Shown here piece after piece: positions 9,085 through 17,284 of a DNA stretch of 17,284 nucleotides. The first letter of the stretch is position 1, and each line of letters starts with the position of its first letter. Below the pieces are notes generated by a model. That model made no database searches. It was not told where the DNA came from and saw only the letters and a list, made by a program, of their open reading frames with translations. The position numbers were made by a program, and so were the translations under genes. This stretch comes from Octopus sinensis (taxonomy: Eukaryota): the NCBI RefSeq assembly GCF_006345805.1, contig NW_021824920.1, positions 1 to 17,284 on the forward strand, read 5' to 3'.

Positions 9085-9237
9085 TACATCGAAAAATACC
9101 TTAGGAATGAGAACCCAGGTTCGAAATTTCCCCCAAGACACCTGAAGAAGGCTGGAGCGTATATAAGTCGAAACGTTGTGTTAACAACAAACAAGATGAG
9201 GACAAATATCCATCAAACGTAAATAATGTAAATAATG
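8984..9237 (+). mobile_element. Family-D SINE: tRNA-like head (8984-9055), (AAT)n (9058-9083) and hammerhead-containing tail
   Basis: A-box TGGCGTAGTGG 8990-9000 and B-box GTTCGATTCC 9035-9044 at tRNA spacing; broken acceptor stem; tail ends in GTAAATAAT x2; possible 6-bp TSD GATATT (8978-8983, 9240-9245). Confidence 0.82.
9137..9182 (+). ncRNA. Minimal type I hammerhead ribozyme motif (Penelope-associated type)
   Basis: Stem I GACAC 9137-9141 / GUGUU 9178-9182; core CUGAAGA 9142-9148; extra A 9149; stem II GGCU 9150-9153 / AGUC 9166-9169; GAAA 9170-9173; palindromic ACGU 9173-9176 as stem III; GUU cleavage triplet 9175-9177. Confidence 0.72.
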
Positions 9238-9316
9238 AAGATATTCCTCAACAAAGTATAGATCGATATATAAGCTGTTTCCGCAGTTAAAGGTAATGAC
9301 ATGTTTTGGGATGTAT

Positions 9317-9441
9317 TATATATATATGTATATGTATGTATATGTATATATATATATTATATATATATATATATATATCTATATATATAATATATATATA
9401 TAATATATATATGTATATATGTATGTATGTATGTATGTATA
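9317..9441. repeat. (TA)n/(TATG)n microsatellite
   Basis: Direct reading. Confidence 0.96.
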
Positions 9442-10019
9442 TCCCCACTTAAAAGTGGATGTTGTGTTAAAAGACACAATACCGGAATAGTTTCCACGAG
9501 AAAAACTTTCTTATTGGTTTTTAGTGCATGTAAGTACCCTAGTTCACATCGCTAGCGTTGAGATAAATCACCTGCAATCAGCACCACCGAGACTACAGCA
9601 TCGCGTGATTTCTGTATTCTGTGGCCTTGTCAAACGTAGGCGCTCGGACGCTGGAGATAGCTGACATCGCTGCTAGCGGTATACATGAAATCTCTGTACG
9701 TAAACAGCTATTAGATGTCGCGATTAGCCAATGGGCTTATTAAAAAAAATATTAAGGAAATAGAACTAATAACAAAATGTAATATCAAAAGTTCATAGCC
9801 TTTCAATATCTTTGGTAAGTGGCCTTAGTTATCTCGGAGATGTAGGCGAGGATATTCTATCTAACCACTTTAAAGTTATCTCTAGAGATTTACGGTAGAA
9901 TATAGAGCAAACAAAAGAAAATACAGTGTCTACTCAAGCAATTAATACATATATATACATACACACATATATAAAGTGAGTTTGCTGGTGTTGCCACAAG
10001 CAATTAATATATATATATA

Positions 10020-10306
10020 CTAGCAGTATCGCCCGGCGTTGCTCGGGTTTGTAAGGGAAATAATTATATAAGCATTTTTAGAGAGTTACTTCCCTTAGCG
10101 AAAAAAATGCATTAAAATGGAAAAAATGATGGTAAATTATTTTTAAAATCGTAGACTCCTCGTAGACGCGCGCTAATACCCAGAAGGGCTCGATATGAAT
10201 CACGACTATAAGATACCCGGTTTTGGTTAAACTGCACCGCAAAATGGTGGGATAGTTAGGAATCTAAATCGTAGGAGACAGACACAACTTCACTTTTATA
10301 TATAGA
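10020..10306 (-). mobile_element. Non-autonomous Helitron (287 bp)
   Basis: Minus strand begins TC (A|TCTATATATAAAAGTG) and ends CTAG|T, with hairpin CCCGAGCAACGCCGGG about 10 nt upstream of CTAG. Inserted between A and T with no TSD. Confidence 0.9.
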
Positions 10307-10307
10307 T

Positions 10308-10329
10308 ATGTAATATATATATATATGTA

Positions 10330-10396
<67 letters not shown>

Positions 10397-10425
10397 CTGT
10401 GTGTGTTGTGTGTGTGTGTATGTAT
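10308..10425. repeat. (TA)n(TG)n compound microsatellite
   Basis: Direct reading. Confidence 0.96.
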
Positions 10426-10745
10426 GAATTCATTTATAAAGTGATTTTGCTGTGATATATCATCCAGACGAATATCCTGTTTACTCTTAGTTCAGTTCCA
10501 GACGCTAGTTAACTGCCTGTATTCGGCGACCGTGATTATAATACGTTGTTAGATATTTGTAAGTTTTCTCGTTAGGTAATTCCGTGTGTCCTACACACAT
10601 ATATATGTATGTATGTATGTGTGCGCGCGAGCGTGTGTGTGTAGTCTAAGAGTTCAAGTCAGGGAAAAGATGCATTCATACATCTGTCATCAGAGTTGGT
10701 ATATTACGTGGTAGATATATAATACTGTGCCTTTAGGATAATATA

Positions 10746-10800
10746 TGATTGATTGATTCTAGTTTCAGCTCATGAGCTGTGGCCATGCTGGGGCACCGCC
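10746..10800 (-). mobile_element. Short 3' tail fragment of a family-E-like retroposon ending in (ATCA)n
   Basis: GCTGTGGCCATGCTGGGGCACCGCC resembles GACTGCGGCCATGCTTCAGCATCGC at 5357-5381; TGATTGATTGATT forms the tail. Confidence 0.55.
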
Positions 10801-11028
10801 ATATATATATATATATTTTTTTTTTTTTCCAAGAAATCTTATGCTCGTAGCTTAGTTTTTCCTTGGGGCTGGCCGGATCGGAGCGATCTCAAGATTAATC
10901 AGACGAAATTGCTAGGATGATCCGGTTCTTGACTGAAGATTGAAGGCTTTGAATGTCCCGTCCGTGTTTTTTGTATCGTCTTCTAAATGTTTTACGTTCT
11001 TGTCCCAGTTTGTATTTTTCTACATATA

Positions 11029-11029
11029 A

Positions 11030-11092
<63 letters not shown>

Positions 11093-11108
11093 TGTGTGTG
11101 TGTGTGTA
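11029..11108. repeat. (TA)n(TG)n microsatellite
   Basis: Direct reading. Confidence 0.97.
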
Positions 11109-11109
11109 T

Positions 11110-11243
11110 ACGACAGGATTTGCTGAGATTTCGTTTACCAATGCAACTGAAAATCCTTCAGTCGATCTGGAGTGACATCAGAGGAGACTTGCGCAATGTG
11201 TCGCATGCCATTTGGTTGGGAAGCAAGTTTCTTACTCAACCAC
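11110..11243 (-). mobile_element. Highly diverged family-C SINE with an internal deletion
   Basis: CGAC.GG...CGTTTACCAA...AGACTTGCGCAA.GTG...TGGTTGGGAAGCAAGTTTCTTAC aligns by eye with 7516-7671. Confidence 0.55.
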
Positions 11244-11273
11244 CGTTATATACAAAACATATATGTATGTATA

Positions 11274-11591
11274 GGTGGAGACGGAATGGCCCAGTGGTTA
11301 GGGCAGCAAACTCGCCGTCCTTAGGATCGCGGTTTCGATTCCCAGACCGGGCTTTGTGAGTGTTTATTGAGCGAAAACACCTACAACTCCACGACGCTCC
11401 GGCGGGGTGTACTCATTCGCCACAGGTACAGCGACCCCTGCTGTACTCTTTCGCCACAGGTTTTTCAGACTCTTTCTTCTGTTGGCCTGCTCGCTTACCC
11501 CGCGGGTGGCGTCGTTTGGAGGCTAAAACAGCGTGAAGCGCATTGTTACCAGCGATGTGTAGCAGCATCTGATAGCGTGGTCGGTCACGTG
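11274..11591 (+). mobile_element. Family-B SINE, tail B2, with a probable 13-bp TSD
   Basis: First ~190 bp homologous to the 5' part of 3847-4235; the 3' part is unrelated. ATATGTATGTATA at 11261-11273 and 11592-11604. Internal 20-bp near-duplication at 11408-11427 and 11442-11461. Confidence 0.92.
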
Positions 11592-12179
11592 ATATGTATG
11601 TATACAGTATATAAGACTGAAACACAGATTGTTTTTGGTTTTTGATGTATAAGTATTCTCTGAGTCAAAAAAAATATCTGCAACAATATAATTATGAAGC
11701 CGTGATTTATTATATTTTCAAATAAAAATATTATCTTTACATGAAAGTTTGCAACATCGCTTGATATAGACAACGTAGAATTCTATCTGTGAATTTTTGT
11801 TCTTGTTGTTGTTGTTTATTTGGTTGCTTCGTTTTTGTTTGTTTTTTGCTATTTCAAACTATGTTTATAAATTAAGGTAACACTGCGCATATCATTCCAG
11901 GCGTCGACTATTATTCACTAAATGTTAACGTCGAATTCCGTTGTGTACGAACAAATGTCATCTTGTTACACAATCTGATTTTACAGTTTGGCAGGTGAAA
12001 ATGCCATATTAACAGTCGTTCATACACACTCACGCACACTACACATATCTCATGAATATACGAAATCAGACAGACACACACACACCATGCATACAGACAT
12101 AGATGGAAATATAGATATATGTATGCATGTGTATATGTACATCTAAAAATATACACATATATGTACATTAATCTAGTTA

Positions 12180-12470
12180 AATATTATATATATACGTGTG
12201 TCTGCATATACATATATGCGTGAGTGATATATATATATATATGTAATTAATATATATATTAATATATATATATATTTTATATTATATATATATATATATA
12301 TATCTATATATAATATATGTTTATATTTCTTTTTTCTTTTCCTTTTGTCTGTTATTTGAATTAAGATATATATATGATATGTATATATATATATATATAT
12401 AATCTCTCTATATGTATATATATAGATATATAATATATATATATATATATTATATATATATATGCATATA
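12180..12470. repeat. Degenerate (TA)n low-complexity region
   Basis: Direct reading. Confidence 0.93.
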
Positions 12471-13153
12471 TACACACTCACAGCCTCACACACACGTTCA
12501 TAATATAAGATCACGTGTGTGGTAAGTTTGTGTACACGTGTGAGTCCTGAACAAGAGCTGTGACGTAAATATAAATATAAATATATATTTCACATAGTGA
12601 ACTCAATATGTTTATAAGATTTTATATTCATATTTATTGTCTGAAATCACATGAGCAGTCAAGTACGAAACGCTTCAAGCGTTTTCTGGTATACTTTGAT
12701 TATTAGATCCACGTCTATACTCGATCTGTTTTCTTTTCCCAACTTCTGAACCACTACGATCGCTTCGTCTCCGCTATTTGACAAGACCCCCTCCTCCAGC
12801 TACCTGATGTTTATTGCTGGAGATACATTTATTGTCATCACCTTTGTAATTCACGGTCTATAGTTGGACGTCAATGAAATTTTAATTTTTAATGAAGGTT
12901 CTGGAATGTTAGCTCACTTCAAATTCAGGCACAAATCTGACAGCTTCTGCCGTTGTGTGGGATGTCACCCACGTCGGTGCGTAACCCCTGACCAGCTCTG
13001 ATGTCGTATTACAGAAGACCGAAAGATGTACAAATCCGTTTTACATTCTAATCAGATATCGGCTCCGGCATTCGAAGACGGAGGACAACTACATCAGCAG
13101 AACACAAGTTTTGAACCCTAAATGTGAATAAAATGCTTCCCCTTGAGTAACAA

Positions 13154-13214
13154 ATGGAAGGCAAAGTCGATCTCGGTGGAATTTGAACTCAGAACGTAAA
13201 GACAGACGAAATAC
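13154..13214 (-). mobile_element. 61-bp family-A SINE fragment
   Basis: Minus strand GTATTTCGTCTGTCTTTACGTTCTGAGTTCAAATTCCACCGAGATCGACTTTGCCTTCCAT. Confidence 0.85.
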
Positions 13215-13508
13215 TTTTCCACAGAGGCTCCAGGTTCCATTTTGCCTACTCGAGCGTCTGTCTTTCAGTCCGCCGTCTGTTAGTGCCGATGCAGCGGTAA
13301 GTTACCCGGTTTGAGGGAATTTCTCCATAAACATTTTTCCCGCAGGAAAATTCACCCTAGAAAATTTCCCCGTAAGGTGGCGCTTACAAGCATATTCTAG
13401 ATACCACACTTTAACAAAAGAACACATTCTAAAAAATTACCTTTCTCTCCAACAGATAAGTTAGTGGATGATTATTTATATATTTTATAAATTTTAAGTA
13501 TAAATATG

Positions 13509-13825
13509 TTATTACCTCCGCCTTGGCGAAGGCAGAGGTATTTTTTCCAGTCGTATTTGTTTGTCCGTGTACAAGATATCTCGAGAACCACTGGATGGTT
13601 TCCAATGAAACTTTCAGAGTTGTTTGGCCTCACAACTGGCAGGAATTGATTACATTTTGGGAAACGGTCCGGTACCGGTCAAGGATTCTGGATTATTTTT
13701 TCCGTTTGTTTTTACTTAACTTTTGAAAGCGGTCGAGTTCATTTTTAGTATTCTCGTTTGTGAGAGCAGTCGAGTTTATTCCAGATATCCTCATGTTAAA
13801 AATCATCTCCGGCTAATTGCTGAGA
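13509..13825 (+). mobile_element. Non-autonomous Helentron/Helitron2-type element (HINE/DINE-1-like), 3' end apparently lost
   Basis: Starts TTATTACCTCCGCC with terminal hairpin ACCTCCGCCTT-GGCG-AAGGCAGAGGT (13514-13539, 10/11 paired), then a GTTTGT/GTCCGT block and a GGTTTCCAATGAAACTTT motif, the layout typical of HINEs. No matching 3' sub-terminal repeat found before the (GGT)n tract. Confidence 0.7.
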
Positions 13826-14225
13826 TTGTTGCTTTTGTTGTTGTGTGGTTGGGGGGTGGTGGCGGTGGTGGTGGTGATAGTGATGTGGTGATGGCGGTGT
13901 TGATTCTGATGAATATGGTGACGACGGTGATGACAATAGTGGTGGTGGTGGTGGTGGTGGTGTTGGTAGTTATGGTAGTAGCAGTAGTGTTCGTAGTAGT
14001 AGTAGTAGTAGTAGTGATGGTGGTGCATGAATTCGTGATGGGTTTTATGGTGGTGGTGGTTGTGGCTGTGGTACAATAGTGGTGGTGGTGGTGGTTATGG
14101 TAGTAGTAGTAGTAGTAGTAGTAGTAGGACGGTGGTGGTTGAATTCGTGATGGTTTTGGTTGTGGTGGTGGTGGTGAGGACACCAGAGGTGGTGATGGTG
14201 ATGGTAGTGGTGGTGGTGGCGGTGG
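13826..14225. repeat. Compound (GGT)n/(GTA)n low-complexity tract
   Basis: Direct reading; source of the poly-V/T/H ORFs. Confidence 0.96.
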
Positions 14226-14610
14226 TTGCCAACAATGGTGCTGTCATAAGGTTAAAAAAAAAACAAGAAAACCAAACACACCTTTAATGTCTTTGAGAAA
14301 AAAAAACAAACAAAAAAAGCTGGACGCATTAGATAATAATGTTACTCTGACTGCTGAAATTTTCATTGAATGTTGATGTCGCTGTTGAAATAATGGGCGA
14401 CAGATCTCGTGAAAGAAAGAAAACCATAGTGAAAAAGTAATGTTCATAATATTTATGGAGATAAGATACAAGTTCCCTGACTCTCGAGTTCACGATATGC
14501 TTTTTGATTCCAAGTAAATCCAGTGCTGTTTTTATGTCTTCATTTCGTTTACGCTGGTTATGTCCTCAAGACTGAACGAAAGAGATATAATGGCATTCCA
14601 TTCCTGAATT

Positions 14611-15409
14611 AAGGTGGCGAGCTGGCAGAAACGTTAGCACGCCGGGCGAAATGTTTTGCGGTATGCCGTCTGCCGTCTGTATGTTCTGAGTTCAAATTCC
14701 GCCGAGGTCGACTTTGCCTTTCATCCTTTCGGGGTCGAAAAATTAAGTACCAGTTACGCACTGGGGTCGATCTAATCAACTTAATCCGTTTGTTTGTCCT
14801 TGTTTGTCCCCTCTGTGTTTAGCCCCTTGTGGGCAATAAAGAAATAAGAAACGTTAGCACGCCGGGCGAAATGTTTTGCGGTATATCGTCTGCCATTATG
14901 TTCTGAGTTCAAATTCCACCGAGGTCGACTTTGCCTTTCATACTTTCGGGGTCGATTAAATAGTTACCAGTCAGGAACTGGGGTCGATGTAATCGACTAA
15001 ATCCGTTTGTCCTCTGTGTTTAGCCCCTTGTGGGCAGTAAAGAAATAGCTATTTCTTCTGCCGCTACGTTCTGAGACCAAATTCCGCCGAGGTCGACTTT
15101 GCCTTTCATACTTTCGGGGTCGATTAATTAAGCACCAGTTACGCACTGGGGTCAATATAATAGACTTAATCCGTTTCTCTGTCCTTGTTCGTCCCCTCTG
15201 TGTTTAGCCCCTTGTGGGTAGTAACGAAATTGGTATTTCGTCTGTCGCTACCTTCTGAGTTCAAATTCCGCCGAGGTCGACTTTGCCTTTCATGCTTTCG
15301 GTGTCGATTAAATAAGTACAAGTCACGCACTGGGGTCGATATAATCTACTTAATCCGTTTGTCTGTCCTTGTTTGTCCCTTCTGTGTTTAGCCCCTTGTG
15401 GGTAGTAAA
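14611..15409 (+). mobile_element. Head-to-tail tetramer of family-A SINE, all units with tail A2 (14611-14846, 14847-15047, 15048-15231, 15232-15409)
   Basis: Four copies of B-box, core and GTTTAGCCCCTTGTGGG tail; only unit 1 has the complete head AAGGTGGCGAGCTGGCAG. Confidence 0.95.
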
Positions 15410-15784
15410 TCTCTCTATATATAAACGGCAGTTTGTCTGTGTGTGTTTCTGTGTGTCTGTTAGGTTGTACCCTCAACCCTGACCACGGCTTTCAACCGAT
15501 TTCTGATGAAACTTGACACACCACATAGCCCAATGTCATAATTCAAAACTAACGCAGCGAGAAAATTTTGAAAAGTTCCCCCAGTTCTGAAAAAAAATCG
15601 ATAAATTCGACATGGGGTCGAGAATCAGGACCTGTCTAGGGGACGCAACTCCACCTTTTTAACTCTCAAAAATAAATTTACCATAATTTTTTTCCATTTT
15701 TTGCTATTTTTTGGCTATAACTCTCTAAAAATGCTTTAAGTTCTTTCCCTTCCACAACCGAGCAACGCCGGGCGATACTGCTAG
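15410..15784 (+). mobile_element. Non-autonomous Helitron (375 bp)
   Basis: A|TCTCTCTATATATAAAC start; ends CCGAGCAACGCCGGGCGATACTGCTAG|T; A/T target, no TSD; 3' ~130 bp shared with 10020-10306. Confidence 0.9.
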
Positions 15785-16509
15785 TAATATATAACGTAAA
15801 GATACTCACAAAAGTTACATATAAAAAGGGTATCATATCACAGTCGTAGGTTTTAATCCTGGACTCAGAACAAGAGATTTTATCCTCGGGTTATCATCTT
15901 TATCATATATTTTACACAACACGTATTTCCTTGGTGTCCATACATCATGTATGATACATATATTCAAATGTTTTTCAAACAGCAGAGTAACTTTGAACTT
16001 GTGAAAATAGCTTTTTGTTAAAGAAACCTAACTTAATGGCTGAAGATAAGCATGGACGTTAAGGACAAACAAATAAAAAATGCTTTTGATGGACAAACAG
16101 TTAATATAAAACGATTTAGTTGGAAGCTCCTTCCTCCAACGAGATTGCACTAAAGCCTCTAGTAATGTCAGTAATGTAAAATGAACAAAACTAACAACAA
16201 CAAAAACAAAAACTACAATAGCAACAAGAACAAATGTTTCGGCTTTGAGCAAGTACACTAGTCATGTGTACGAACAACAATTGGTTTTCGTTGTGCAGTG
16301 ATATTATTTCGTGTTGTTATATCACGTTTTTGTTTGCCAAATTCCTTTAGCTAGGAGTCATAGATTCCCAATACGACCGATTTTCGACATTTGAACTTTG
16401 CCAGTTAATAACTATAAACAATTAGAAAATCGTACATTGTCTTCCCTCCAAGCACAAACAGTGATATCGTATTTCTTCTCTGTACCATTTGCTGTTTTAT
16501 GTATGAATA

Positions 16510-16613
16510 TGGTATGTGTGTATATATATATATATGATATATATATTATATATATATATATACATACACGCATATATATATACAGATATATCTCTCTCTA
16601 TATATATACATAT

Positions 16614-16653
<40 letters not shown>

Positions 16654-16693
16654 ATACATAGATACATATCTATATATAATATATATATATATA

Positions 16694-16724
<31 letters not shown>

Positions 16725-16730
16725 ATATGT

Positions 16731-16784
<54 letters not shown>

Positions 16785-16787
16785 TAT

Positions 16788-16835
<48 letters not shown>

Positions 16836-16940
16836 CTATATACATATATATATATATAATAATATATATATATAATATATATATTATATATAGATATATA
16901 TAAATATTATATATATATATGTATATATATATATATGCAT
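16510..16940. repeat. Long degenerate (TA)n tract (~430 bp)
   Basis: Direct reading. Confidence 0.97.
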
Positions 16941-16942
16941 GC

Positions 16943-17035
16943 GCAGGAGTGGCTTACCAACCACATGGTTCGGGTTCAGTCCCCACTGCGTGGAACTTTG
17001 GCCATGTGTCTTCACTATAGCTCGGGATGAACAAA
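16943..17035 (+). mobile_element. Family-C SINE 5' fragment with an internal deletion in the A-box region
   Basis: GCAGGAGTGGC|TTACCAACCACATGGTTCGGGTTCAGTCCCCACTGCGTGG..TTGGCCATGTGTCTTC.ACTATAG matches the reverse complement of 7516-7671. Confidence 0.8.
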
Positions 17036-17284
17036 TCGTTTAATTTCTGTTTTAAACCGAGAGTGGATCAAAATACAATGTTAATCGCAGCAATATTTTA
17101 AACTGAGAACACAGAAATTCGGAAAAATTCTATTGAAATCTCTAACCACCCTATCAACGTAATGATTCAGGCAAAGGTAACTTCGATGCATGTTGAACTA
17201 GGATCGAAGTGATTAGTCACAAACATACAAAAAGTATTCACGCTTCATTGATTATGGAAATCTGACTCTAGCAAGATTTGGATT

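Noticed and set aside
9935-10009. 13-bp direct repeat CAAGCAATTAATA (9935-9947, 9997-10009) as a TSD
   Set aside because: Both copies lie on the same side of the Helitron, Helitrons make no TSD, and the enclosed ~50 bp has no element features; likely a local duplication.
10490-10565. Possible plus-strand exon (TTCCAG...TTT|GTAAGT)
   Set aside because: Stop codons in all three frames; no evidence for a non-coding exon without RNA data.
10687-10693. Minus-strand CUGAUGA followed by an AGAUG/CAUCU hairpin
   Set aside because: The hairpin is followed by UUUU, not GAAA; the core is incomplete.
13523-13726. ORF MAKAEVFFPVVFVCPCTRYLENHW...
   Set aside because: Lies within the non-autonomous HINE-like element, has a TTG start and shows no transposase or Rep/helicase motifs.
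15503-15514. CUGAUGAAAC within the Helitron as a hammerhead core
   Set aside because: No stem II between CUGAUGA and GAAA; part of the Helitron internal motif.
677-16845. Most ORFs in the supplied track (poly-N/I/R/E/V/H/T, YI, CV, HT repeats)
   Set aside because: They are translations of microsatellites or lie within SINE, MITE or Helitron copies; no recognisable protein domain.

Overview
AT-rich, microsatellite-dense, non-coding eukaryotic DNA. The repeat families look like those of an Octopus (coleoid cephalopod) genome; this is inferred from recalled repeat sequence, not from a search. No protein-coding gene can be supported: the listed ORFs are microsatellite translations or lie inside repeats. 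The window is a mosaic of about 20 tRNA-type SINE copies or fragments from at least 5 families (my labels A-F), including a nested insertion with exact target-site duplications and two head-to-tail multimer arrays. It also holds three non-autonomous rolling-circle elements (two Helitron-type, one Helentron/HINE-type), two fold-back elements, a 16-bp minisatellite and many simple repeats. The most interesting object is at 8984-9237: a tRNA-headed SINE whose 3' part folds into a minimal type I hammerhead ribozyme with a palindromic stem III, the form known from Penelope-like retroelements. Second is a recurrent, sequence-specific multimer junction in SINE family A.
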